Part shown: piece after piece, positions 47,254 through 56,521 of the stretch
How positions within the stretch are numbered: position 1 is the first letter of the stretch
How the letters are laid out: every line of letters begins with the position of its first letter
Assembly (NCBI GenBank): GCA_910585765.1
Contig: CAJUES010000005.1
Location: forward strand, 19,351 to 83,350
Direction of reading: 5' to 3'
DNA from: an uncultured Lachnospiraceae bacterium
Lineage (GTDB): Bacteria; Bacillota; Clostridia; Lachnospirales; Lachnospiraceae
DNA length: 64,000 nucleotides
Program-made: the position numbers and the translations under genes
The notes under the pieces: model-generated
What the model was told of the DNA's origin: nothing
Database searches by the model: none
The model's input: the letters and a program-made list of their open reading frames with translations, nothing else

Positions 47254-48891
47254 ATGCAGGATCATGATAACAGCAATAAAAACAGCAATAGCAGGAGAGT
47301 GCCGGGCGGCGAGGGCAGGCAGGCGTCAAGGTCAAACGGGCAGCCGAGACCGACAGGGGCGCCAAGGCAGAGCAGTCAGCCGAGGAGACCGTCATCAGAC
47401 GGACAGTCAAGACCATCGGGACAGCCCAGGAGACCGTCATCAGACGGACAGCCAAGAGCGTCAGGACAGCCCAGGAGACCGTCATCGGACGGACAGCCAA
47501 GACCGTCAGGACAGTCCAGGAGACCGTCATCGGACGGACAGCCCAGACCGTCAGGACAGCCCAGGAGACCGTCGGACAGCCAGGTAAGGCAGGGCGGCGA
47601 GTCCAGGAGACAGGCACCCGCAGCGCAGGCAGGGCCGAACGGACAGCCAAGGCAGGCAGATCCCGCAGGCAAGCCCAGGAGACCGGCAGCGGGCAGCACG
47701 CCGCAGGGGGCAAAGGCACAGGGTGCTGCAAAAGGTAATGCATCGAAGAACCCGAAGAACCCGAAGAACAAAAAAAATCCGTCGAAGCAGACGGCAAAGA
47801 AGAAACGGGGAAAGATTTTGCTGTTTGTCGCGGAGATCTTCCTGCTGCTGATCCTGGTGGCGGCGCTGTGGGCGGCAAAACAGACGCAGAAGATCCAGTA
47901 TGTTGAGATCAAGCCGGGGGATGTGCATATCAATGAACCGGTGCGCAACGAGATCGAGCAGGGCGAGACCGTCATGAAGGGCTACAGGAACATTGCGCTG
48001 TTCGGCGTGGATTCGCGGGAACAGCAGCTTGACAAAAATACCCGGACCGACGTCATCATGGTCGCCTCCATCAACCTGGACACCAAGGAAGTGCGTCTGG
48101 TGTCCGTGTACCGTGACACATGGCTCAATATGACGAATGACAAGTACAGCAAGGCGAACGCCGCCTACTCGAAGGGCGGTGCAAAGCAGGCGATCGGCAT
48201 GCTCAACATGAACCTCGATCTCGATATCACGGACTTTGTCACGGTGGGATTTGAGGCGGTGATCGATGTCGTGGATGCGGTCGGCGGCGTCGAGATCGAC
48301 GTGAAGGAGGACGAGATCGTGCACCTCAACAGCTATCAGATATCCATGGTAGGGCGCGTCGTGGGCAAGAACGAGAAGGGCGAGGAGATGTATGAGGCGA
48401 TCCCCGGCGTGGAGTACACGCCTGTCGAGCATGCCGGGCTGCAGACACTCAACGGGCTGCAGGCGACGGCTTACTCCAGGATCCGCTATACCAGCGGCGG
48501 CGATCTGGCGAGGGCGGAGCGGCAGAGGACGGTGCTCACCAAGATCGCCCAGAAAGCGATGACCATGAATCCGGCGACGCTCAACAGTATCGCGGATGCG
48601 GTATTCACCAAGATATCGACGTCACTCACGCTGCCGGAGATCCTGTCGCTGCTCTCCGATGCCGCGAGCTACAAGATCGGTGAGACGGCTGGATTTCCGT
48701 TTACCGACTATGTGGTGCCGAACGGGACTGTGGGGAACGCCAGCGTTGTCGTTCCGGTCGATCTCACCAAAAACGTGGAGCTGTTACATGAATTTCTGTT
48801 TGACAAGACGGACTATACTCCCACAGATACTGTGAAAAAATGCAGTCAGAAGATTGCATCGGATACGGGAGTACATTATAATGGAGAATAG
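47254..48891 (+). CDS. LCP (LytR-CpsA-Psr) glycopolymer-peptidoglycan ligase
   Basis: TM then NIALFGVDSR, RTDVIM, SVYRD, AYSRIR...D..R..RQ. Confidence 0.92.
   Translation: MQDHDNSNKNSNSRRVPGGEGRQASRSNGQPRPTGAPRQSSQPRRPSSDGQSRPSGQPRRPSSDGQPRASGQPRRPSSDGQPRPSGQSRRPSSDGQPRPSGQPRRPSDSQVRQGGESRRQAPAAQAGPNGQPRQADPAGKPRRPAAGSTPQGAKAQGAAKGNASKNPKNPKNKKNPSKQTAKKKRGKILLFVAEIFLLLILVAALWAAKQTQKIQYVEIKPGDVHINEPVRNEIEQGETVMKGYRNIALFGVDSREQQLDKNTRTDVIMVASINLDTKEVRLVSVYRDTWLNMTNDKYSKANAAYSKGGAKQAIGMLNMNLDLDITDFVTVGFEAVIDVVDAVGGVEIDVKEDEIVHLNSYQISMVGRVVGKNEKGEEMYEAIPGVEYTPVEHAGLQTLNGLQATAYSRIRYTSGGDLARAERQRTVLTKIAQKAMTMNPATLNSIADAVFTKISTSLTLPEILSLLSDAASYKIGETAGFPFTDYVVPNGTVGNASVVVPVDLTKNVELLHEFLFDKTDYTPTDTVKKCSQKIASDTGVHYNGE
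47377..47573 (+). repeat. 45-bp coding tandem repeat x4.4 (QPRRPSSDGQPRPSG)
   Basis: Units start at 47377, 47422, 47467, 47512 and 47557 (partial). Confidence 0.92.
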
Positions 48892-48947
48892 AGGAGCCGA
48901 TGAGGAACCGAAACCGGTTCCTTTTTGGCATACGGGGGAGCATACAA

Positions 48948-49880
48948 ATGCAGTACAGTGTAGATGTCATATTATTGACATTCAAACCCGGCCGACAGGT
49001 CATGGAGCTGATCAGTGCCTTGGAGGAGCAGACATATCCCGTGCACAAGCTCATCATCATGAACACGGAGGAGCGGTATTTTTACAATCTTTTCTACGGG
49101 ACGGGATTTCTGGAGCGGTACAGGAACATAGAAATCCATCACCTCTCGGAGAAGGAATTTGATCACGGCAGGACGAGGGCGAAAGCAGTGCAGTACTCGA
49201 AGTCCGACATCTTTGTGTGTATGACACAGGATGCGATGCCGGTGGATGACATGCTGATACAGAATCTGGTGGCGGCACTCACAGGACAGGAGAAGACTGC
49301 TGCTGCGTATGCGAGGCAGATCCCCCTTCCTGACTGCCGCGAGATAGAGAAATATACGAGAGGGTTCAACTATCCCGAGGAGTCGTCGGTAAAGTCGGCG
49401 GCGGATGTGGGCAGGCTCGGGATCAAGACATTTTTCTGCTCAAATGTGTGTGCGGCATATGACAGGGAGATCTACGAGACGATCGGCGGCTTTGTCAAGA
49501 AGGCGATCTTCAATGAGGATATGGTGTATGCGGGGCACGCGGTCACTGCGGGCTACTGCATCGCTTATGCGGCGGAGGCGAAAGTCCGCCACTCCCACAA
49601 TTACACCTGCATGCAGCAGTTTCGCAGAAACTTTGATCTGGGCGTGTCACAGGCTGAACACCCGGAGGTGTTTGACGTGGTGTCCTCGGAGAGCGAGGGG
49701 GTAAAGCTTGTCTCGGGCACGATAAGGCACCTCGAAAGGACAAAGAACTGGCTGCAGATACCGTATCTGATCCTGTCGAGCGGGTGTAAGTTTGCCGGAT
49801 ATCAGCTGGGAAAACGCTACCAAAGCCTGCCAAAGGGCATGGTGCGGTGGTGCAGCGCAAACAAGACGTATTGGAATTAA
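48948..49880 (+). CDS. GT2 rhamnosyltransferase-like (RfbN/RgpB-type)
   Basis: FDHGRTR, MTQDA, YARQ, FCSNVCAAY, NEDM, HSHNY. Confidence 0.85.
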   Translation: MQYSVDVILLTFKPGRQVMELISALEEQTYPVHKLIIMNTEERYFYNLFYGTGFLERYRNIEIHHLSEKEFDHGRTRAKAVQYSKSDIFVCMTQDAMPVDDMLIQNLVAALTGQEKTAAAYARQIPLPDCREIEKYTRGFNYPEESSVKSAADVGRLGIKTFFCSNVCAAYDREIYETIGGFVKKAIFNEDMVYAGHAVTAGYCIAYAAEAKVRHSHNYTCMQQFRRNFDLGVSQAEHPEVFDVVSSESEGVKLVSGTIRHLERTKNWLQIPYLILSSGCKFAGYQLGKRYQSLPKGMVRWCSANKTYWN

Positions 49881-49901
49881 TGGATATGGAGGACAGAAAT
49901 C

Positions 49902-51728
49902 ATGTGTGGAATCGTAGGATATATCGGAAAGCATGCGGCGGCGCCGGTGATACTTGAGGGACTTTCCAGGCTGGAATACAGAGGGTATGATTCGGCGGGG
50001 ATGGCAGTGTTTGACGGGGAGAAGATCCAGATCAAAAAGTCCGTGGGACGACTCAAAGTGCTTGAGGAGCTGACACACGGCGGTGCCACGATGCCGGGCA
50101 GCATCGGGATCGGGCACACGAGATGGGCGACGCACGGAGCGCCGAGCGATGCCAATTCACACCCGCATTACAATGCCGAGGAGACGATCGCAGTCGTCCA
50201 CAACGGGATCATCGAGAACTATCTGCCGCTAAAGGAAAAGATGATCTCAAAAGGGTACAGATTTGTCTCGGACACGGACACGGAGGTGCTGGCGCACCTG
50301 ATCGACTACTACTACAAGGGAAATCCGCTCGAGGCGATCACCAAGGTCATGCATCGCGTGCAGGGCTCCTATGCGCTCGGGATCATGTTCGCGGAACACC
50401 CGGATCAGATCTTTGCAGTCAGAAAGGACAGTCCCCTGATCGTAGGGCAGAATGAGGAAGGGTGCTTTATCGCTTCGGATGTGCCTGCGATATTGAAATA
50501 TACCAGAAAGGTCTATTTTATCGAAAATCAGGAGGTGGTCCGTCTCCGCGCCGACCATATGCATTTTTATACTGTCGACGAGGAGGAGATCACCAAGGAG
50601 CCTGTCACGATCGAGTGGGATGCCAACGCCGCCGAGAAGGGCGGTTATGAGCATTTCATGTTGAAGGAGATGTACGAACAGCCAAAGACAGTGACCGACA
50701 CGCTGAGTCCGAGGATCAAGGATCAGGACATCGTGATCGAGGAGCTTGGCATGTCTGACGAGGAGATCCGGGCGATCAACAAGATCTTCATCGTGGCATG
50801 CGGCTCCGCGTACCATGCGGGGGTGACAGGGAAATATGTGATCGAGGGGATCGCGCGGATCCCGGTGGAAGTGGATGTGGCAAGTGAGTTCAGATACCGC
50901 GATCCGATACTCGAGGAGGGGACGATGGTAGTCGTGATCAGCCAGTCCGGCGAGACCGCGGACACCCTTGCAGCACTCAGGGAGTCCCAGCAGCTCGGTC
51001 ACAAGGTGCTGGGTATCGTGAACGTGGTGGGGAGCTCGATCGCGCGGGAGGCGGACAATGTCATGTACACATGGGCTGGCCCCGAGATCGCGGTGGCGAC
51101 CACAAAGGCGTACAGCGCGCAGCTGATCGCACTCTACCTGCTCGCGATGAAGTTCGGGAGGGTGCGCGGAAAGCTCGGCGACACCGCTTTTCACAACATG
51201 CTCGAGGATCTAAAGCGCCTTCCGGCGCAGATCGAGATGCTCCTGGCAAACAAGCAGCGGATCCAGCGCTTTGCCAACCGCTACATCGGGGCAAAGGACG
51301 TGTTCTTCATCGGCAGGGGCATCGACTACGCGATCTCCATGGAAGGTTCCCTGAAACTGAAAGAAATCTCCTACATCCACTCCGAGGCGTACGCGGCAGG
51401 AGAGCTGAAACATGGAACGATATCACTGATCGAGGAGGGGACGCTGGTCGCGGCGGTCGCAACGCAGGATGGACTCTTCAAGAAGGCACTCAGCAATATG
51501 GTCGAGGTGAAGGCGAGAGGCGCATTTGTGCTCGCTGTCACCAACGAGGGCAACACCGATATTGAGAAGGCGGCGGACTATGTGATCTATATCCCGAGGA
51601 CGAACCAGTATTTTACCAACTCCCTGGCGATCATACCGCTGCAGCTGTTTGGCTATTATGTGGCGGTCGGGAAGGGATGCGATGTCGACAAGCCGAGGAA
51701 CCTCGCGAAATCTGTCACGGTGGAGTAG
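49902..51728 (+). CDS. glmS: Glutamine-fructose-6-phosphate aminotransferase
   Basis: MCGIVG, GHTRWATHG, SQSGETADT, DKPRNLAKSVTVE. Confidence 0.98.
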   Translation: MCGIVGYIGKHAAAPVILEGLSRLEYRGYDSAGMAVFDGEKIQIKKSVGRLKVLEELTHGGATMPGSIGIGHTRWATHGAPSDANSHPHYNAEETIAVVHNGIIENYLPLKEKMISKGYRFVSDTDTEVLAHLIDYYYKGNPLEAITKVMHRVQGSYALGIMFAEHPDQIFAVRKDSPLIVGQNEEGCFIASDVPAILKYTRKVYFIENQEVVRLRADHMHFYTVDEEEITKEPVTIEWDANAAEKGGYEHFMLKEMYEQPKTVTDTLSPRIKDQDIVIEELGMSDEEIRAINKIFIVACGSAYHAGVTGKYVIEGIARIPVEVDVASEFRYRDPILEEGTMVVVISQSGETADTLAALRESQQLGHKVLGIVNVVGSSIAREADNVMYTWAGPEIAVATTKAYSAQLIALYLLAMKFGRVRGKLGDTAFHNMLEDLKRLPAQIEMLLANKQRIQRFANRYIGAKDVFFIGRGIDYAISMEGSLKLKEISYIHSEAYAAGELKHGTISLIEEGTLVAAVATQDGLFKKALSNMVEVKARGAFVLAVTNEGNTDIEKAADYVIYIPRTNQYFTNSLAIIPLQLFGYYVAVGKGCDVDKPRNLAKSVTVE

Positions 51729-51744
51729 TGGAGGAGTATAGGAT

Positions 51745-53370
51745 ATGGGAAAAAAGACAATATTTAAGAATATCATGGTGACGCTGGGCTGCACGGCTTT
51801 TGCCAGCGTGTATGCGATCGGCGGCAAGTACGTGGTCACCTCCCTGCTTGGCGGAGAGGACGGCACGAAACCGGCGTGGCTCGAGAGAGTGGAGATCCGT
51901 GTCGACGACAGGGTTTCCGGGAACACCGTCGCGGGCAGTATGGTCGCCGGGACAGCCGGCGCTGCGGGCAGCCCGGAAAATCTGGACAGCGGTGTGAGCA
52001 ACAGCGGTGGCAGCGATCGGTCCGATTCCGGGGACACACTCCAGAAACCCAGATTTGAGGAGAGGGAGGAAGAGACGGAGACGGAAATGGAATCGGAGTC
52101 CGATGTGAGCGGGACAGAGGCAGACCGCGGGCAGTCCGGTGAAAAGAGCGATGCGGACGAGACGGACAAAAAATCGGGCAGCAGCTTAGACAAAACAGAT
52201 AAAACGGACGGATCGGAAAGGGATTCTGATAAAAAGGATTCTGACAAAGAGGATTCCGATAAAAAGGATTTCGATAAGAAGGATTCCGATGAGAAAGATT
52301 CCGATAAGGATAAGGAAAGCAGGGATGCAGTCAGAGTGAGCCATGTGCAGGTCATCGATCAGGAGGATCAGGCGCTGGCAGTCATGGCAGACGTGACTGC
52401 CGTTGTGAAGACGGCAATGCCCTGTGTCGTGTCCATCACGAACGAATTCACAGCGTACGACTACTGGTACGACGAGGAGTATAACGAGCAGGCAAACGGC
52501 TCGGGGATCATCGTTGCCCAGAGTGACGAGGAGCTTTTGATCGTCACCAACTATCATGTGGTGGAGGACAACAACAGCCTGTACGTGCAGTTTACCGACG
52601 ATGCGGAAGCGTGCGCTTACGTGAAGGGGACGTCGCTGGAGAATGATCTCGCCATCGTCTCCGTATTTCTCGAGGACATGTCGGACGACACTCTTGAAAG
52701 CATCGCGATCGCCGCGCTCGGGGATTCCGACAGCCTGCAGGTCGGAGAGCCCGCGATCGCGATCGGCGATTCGCTTGGGTACGGGCAGTCCGTCACAACG
52801 GGTGTCATCAGTGCCCTGAACAGGAATTTGTTTGCCGACGACCCGAGCAGGACGCCGGAATATCTGATCCAGACGGATGCGGCGATCAATCCGGGCAATT
52901 CGGGCGGCGCGCTCCTGAACGTGAGGGGCGAGGTGGTCGGCATCAATTCCAGCAAGATCGCGGACTATGTGATCGAGGGGATGGGCTATGCCATCCCGAT
53001 CTCGACGGCAAAGCCGATCATAGAGGATCTGATGCAGAAGGAGACGAGAAGGAAGGTTCCGCAGGAGGAGCGCGCCTTTCTCGGGATCGCCGGCACAGAT
53101 GTCATAGAGGAGGCGACTGCGCGGTATGAGATGCCCGAGGGCGTGTATGTGAGCAATGTGCTGGAAGATACCGCCGCTGACGAGGCAGGCATATTGAAGG
53201 GCGATATCATCATGTACATAGACGGAGAGCGGATAACACATATGGAGGGACTGCAGGGACTGCTGGAGTACTATGCTGCAGGGACCGAGGTTGAGGTCGT
53301 AGTGATGCGGCAGAGCAACGGCGAATACAAGGAGCGGACCGTCAAAGTCGTGCTCGGATACCAGGAATAA
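51745..53370 (+). CDS. htrA: HtrA/DegP-like serine protease with PDZ domain
   Basis: TNYHVV, DLA, QTDAAINPGNSGG, C-terminal PDZ. Confidence 0.9.
   Translation: MGKKTIFKNIMVTLGCTAFASVYAIGGKYVVTSLLGGEDGTKPAWLERVEIRVDDRVSGNTVAGSMVAGTAGAAGSPENLDSGVSNSGGSDRSDSGDTLQKPRFEEREEETETEMESESDVSGTEADRGQSGEKSDADETDKKSGSSLDKTDKTDGSERDSDKKDSDKEDSDKKDFDKKDSDEKDSDKDKESRDAVRVSHVQVIDQEDQALAVMADVTAVVKTAMPCVVSITNEFTAYDYWYDEEYNEQANGSGIIVAQSDEELLIVTNYHVVEDNNSLYVQFTDDAEACAYVKGTSLENDLAIVSVFLEDMSDDTLESIAIAALGDSDSLQVGEPAIAIGDSLGYGQSVTTGVISALNRNLFADDPSRTPEYLIQTDAAINPGNSGGALLNVRGEVVGINSSKIADYVIEGMGYAIPISTAKPIIEDLMQKETRRKVPQEERAFLGIAGTDVIEEATARYEMPEGVYVSNVLEDTAADEAGILKGDIIMYIDGERITHMEGLQGLLEYYAAGTEVEVVVMRQSNGEYKERTVKVVLGYQE
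52222..52311 (+). repeat. 15-bp coding tandem repeat x6 (DSDKK)
   Basis: gattctgataaaaag-type units. Confidence 0.85.
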
Positions 53371-53392
53371 GAATGTAAAAACGGAGGGCACC

Positions 53393-55003
53393 ATGTTAGA
53401 TAACAACTTTGACAACCACGAGGAGAGCGAGATCGTGAATACGACGGAGGACACGTCAGGCACGGATGACGGGAAGACGCAGGATCGGAAAGCGGCTGAC
53501 GACGAGTACGGGGAGAAGGAGAGCGAGTACGAGGACGTGTGCTTTATATGCAGGCGCCCGGAGAGCAAGACCGGGCGGATGTTCAAGCTTCCCAACCATA
53601 TCTCCGTGTGCTCGGACTGCATGCACAAGACGATGGACACTGTCAGCCAGTTCGATTATCAGGGAATGCTGAACAACACAAACCTCAATTTTGACAAGGA
53701 CGGCGGCAAGAACGGAAAGAAACGGTTTCCGAATATCAGTTTTGTAAACATTGCCGATCTGCAGGGGGACGGCGGGATTCCCAACAGGCAGAAGCTCAAG
53801 AAGAAAAAGCCGAAGGAAAACAAGGAGAAGGCGGTATTTAACATCAATGACCTTCCTGCGCCCCACAGAATCAAGGCGCAGCTTGATGATTTTGTCGTCG
53901 GACAGGACTATGCCAAGAAGGTGATATCCGTGGCAGTGTACAATCACTACAAGCGCGTGACTACCGGCACGATGGACGAGATTGAGATCGAGAAATCCAA
54001 CATCCTGCTGTTAGGACCGACCGGATGCGGCAAGACTTATATGGTAAAGACGCTTGCGCGGCTGCTAGACGTGCCGCTTGCCATCGCGGACGCGACTTCG
54101 CTGACAGAGGCGGGGTATATCGGGGATGACATCGAGTCCGTGATCTCAAAGCTTCTGACAGCCGCGGAGAACGATGTGGAGAAGGCGGAGCAGGGGATCG
54201 TGTTCATCGACGAGATCGATAAGATCGCAAAGAAGAAGAACACGACATCGCGCGACGTGAGCGGGGAGTCCGTGCAGCAGGGGATGCTAAAGCTCCTGGA
54301 AGGCTCTGACGTGGAGGTTCCGGTAGGGGCAAACAGCAAAAACGCCATGGTGCCGCTCACGACGATCAACACCAGAAACATCCTGTTCATCTGCGGCGGG
54401 GCGTTTCCGGATCTCGAGGAGCTCATCAAGCAAAGGCTCACGAAACAGTCCTCGATCGGCTTCAATGCGGAGCTGAAGGATGCATTTGACAAGGAGAAAA
54501 ATATCCTCAAGAAGGTCACGGTCGAGGATATCAAGAAATTTGGCATGATACCCGAGTTTATCGGGCGTCTGCCGATCATCTGCCCGATGGACAGCCTCAC
54601 GCAGGAGAGTTATGTCAAGATCCTGAGGGAGCCTAAGAATGCGATCTTAAAGCAGTATCAGAAGCTTCTCGAGCTGGACGAGGTGAAGCTCAAATTTGAC
54701 GACAGCGCGCTGGATGCCATAGCGAAGAAAGCGATGGAGCGGGATACGGGTGCGCGTGCGCTCCGCGCGATCATAGAGGAGTTCATGCTCGATATCATGT
54801 ATGAGATACCAAAGGACGACAATATCGGAGAGGTCACGATCACGGGCGACTATATCAACGGAACGGGCGGTCCTGTGATAGACATACGCACAGACAATGT
54901 GCACACCAGGCAGGAGGCGGTCGCTTCCGGCGGTGAACCGGCGGCGGAAAAAGAAATGGAGAAGGAACAGAAGGTGGAGGAGCACAATTTTTATGAGTTC
55001 TGA
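53393..55003 (+). CDS. clpX: ATP-dependent Clp protease ATP-binding subunit ClpX
   Basis: C4 zinc finger CFIC...CSDC, GPTGCGKT, FIDEIDK, IGF loop, GARALR. Confidence 0.93.
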   Translation: MLDNNFDNHEESEIVNTTEDTSGTDDGKTQDRKAADDEYGEKESEYEDVCFICRRPESKTGRMFKLPNHISVCSDCMHKTMDTVSQFDYQGMLNNTNLNFDKDGGKNGKKRFPNISFVNIADLQGDGGIPNRQKLKKKKPKENKEKAVFNINDLPAPHRIKAQLDDFVVGQDYAKKVISVAVYNHYKRVTTGTMDEIEIEKSNILLLGPTGCGKTYMVKTLARLLDVPLAIADATSLTEAGYIGDDIESVISKLLTAAENDVEKAEQGIVFIDEIDKIAKKKNTTSRDVSGESVQQGMLKLLEGSDVEVPVGANSKNAMVPLTTINTRNILFICGGAFPDLEELIKQRLTKQSSIGFNAELKDAFDKEKNILKKVTVEDIKKFGMIPEFIGRLPIICPMDSLTQESYVKILREPKNAILKQYQKLLELDEVKLKFDDSALDAIAKKAMERDTGARALRAIIEEFMLDIMYEIPKDDNIGEVTITGDYINGTGGPVIDIRTDNVHTRQEAVASGGEPAAEKEMEKEQKVEEHNFYEF

Positions 55004-55661
55004 TAAGTGTTCTGCTGCCAAAAATTCCAATAGAAGATGTTTTGCGCGTCCGCCGAAGTTCAGAAACCGGATGATCATGATGCTGTGCGGTGTGACGGCG
55101 CAGGGGATGGGTCTGTCGCTCTTGCGGTCGATCAATCTGGGCACGGATCCCTGCTCCTGCCTGACGCAGGGCGTCACCAACTTCCTGCCGCTGAGCTTTG
55201 GAACATGCCAGCTCCTGTGCCATCTGGTGACGTTCCTGTTCGTGATCCGCTACGACCTCGGCATGATCGGCTTTGGGACGATCGGGAACATGTGCTTTCT
55301 GGGCTACATCTCTGACTTTTTTCGGTGGGTCTGGGCACTGCTCCTTCCGGCAGGTTTTTTTGAGGGCGTGGAGAACCGGTACATACTGCTGATACCGTCG
55401 CTCGCTGTCTTTTTGCTGGGAGCGGCGGCTTACATGTGTGCAGGTCTGGGATCCTCGCCGTACGATGCGCTCCCGTTCATCATATCAGGGCATGTGAAAA
55501 AGGTCTCGTTCAAGGTCGTGCGCATGTTGTGGGACATCGGCTTTATGGCGGCAGGGTTTCTCCTTGGCGGCGATGTCGGCATCGTCACGATCCTGGTGGC
55601 GTTCTTCTTGGGACCGATCATCGCGTGGGTACAGCGGAAGTTGGAGGTACTAATCGTATAA
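54993..55661 (+). CDS. YczE/YyaS/YitT family membrane protein
   Basis: Duplicated LG.DP / LG.SPYD half-motifs, G.GT; overlaps the clpX stop. Confidence 0.75.
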   Translation: MSSDKCSAAKNSNRRCFARPPKFRNRMIMMLCGVTAQGMGLSLLRSINLGTDPCSCLTQGVTNFLPLSFGTCQLLCHLVTFLFVIRYDLGMIGFGTIGNMCFLGYISDFFRWVWALLLPAGFFEGVENRYILLIPSLAVFLLGAAAYMCAGLGSSPYDALPFIISGHVKKVSFKVVRMLWDIGFMAAGFLLGGDVGIVTILVAFFLGPIIAWVQRKLEVLIV

Positions 55662-56492
55662 ATGACGCAGCTTGAGGAATATTATAATAAGTTCAATGAA
55701 GAAAAGCGTTTTGACTCGCGGCATGGACAGGTGGAGTACCGCGTCTCCATGAAATATATCCGCAAGTATCTTGAGGAGGCAGTGTCAAGGCGCGGCGGCG
55801 CGGCGGATGACGCCGCGGACAGGAGTCAGATCCGGCTGCTCGACATCGGGGCGGGGACAGGGCGGTACAGCGTGGCGCTGGCGGAGGAAGGCTATGACGT
55901 CACGGCGGTGGAGCTTGTCAGGTACAATCTCGGCGTCCTCAGGAAAAAGGGGAGCAGTGTCAAGGCGATGCAGGGCAATGCGATGAACCTGAAAAAACTG
56001 GAGTGTGACACTTTTGACGTGACGCTTTTGTTCGGTCCGATGTATCACCTGTTTGGGTTTGAGGATAAGAGAAAGGCACTGCACGAGGCAAAGCGCGTCA
56101 CAAAGCCTGGCGGGGTGATCCTCGTGGCATACTGCATGAACGAGTACGGCGTCATCACGTATGGCTTTAAGGAGAGACATGCGCTTGAGTGTATGGAGCA
56201 GGGGCGTTTCACGGAGGATTTCAAGACGATATCGTCGCCGGACACGCTCTATGACTACATGCGCCTTGAGGACATCAATGCCCTGAATGAGGCGGAGGGG
56301 CTAGAGCGCATCACGATCCTGTCGCCTGACGGACCGGCGAATTATATCAGACCCTTTTTGAACCAGCTTGACGAGGAGGAATTCGAGCTGTTTGTCCGCT
56401 ATCAGATGGCAGTCTGCGAGCGGGCTGACCTGATCGGGGCAGGTGCGCACACGACGGATATATTGAGGAAGGTATCTGACGGCGCTTCATAG
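55662..56492 (+). CDS. Class I SAM-dependent methyltransferase
   Basis: LLDIGAGTGRY, FGPMYHL, KRVTKPGG. Confidence 0.88.
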   Translation: MTQLEEYYNKFNEEKRFDSRHGQVEYRVSMKYIRKYLEEAVSRRGGAADDAADRSQIRLLDIGAGTGRYSVALAEEGYDVTAVELVRYNLGVLRKKGSSVKAMQGNAMNLKKLECDTFDVTLLFGPMYHLFGFEDKRKALHEAKRVTKPGGVILVAYCMNEYGVITYGFKERHALECMEQGRFTEDFKTISSPDTLYDYMRLEDINALNEAEGLERITILSPDGPANYIRPFLNQLDEEEFELFVRYQMAVCERADLIGAGAHTTDILRKVSDGAS

Positions 56493-56521
56493 CGCGGTAT
56501 AGCATTGTTAACAATGGTATT

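Noticed and set aside
47377..47573. Regularly spaced repeats resembling a CRISPR array
   Set aside because: Contiguous in-frame 45-bp units with no unique spacers and no cas genes.
55662..56492. Methyltransferase as a restriction-modification or defence component
   Set aside because: No DNA-methyltransferase catalytic motif (DPPY/NPPY/PCQ); looks like a small-molecule class I enzyme.
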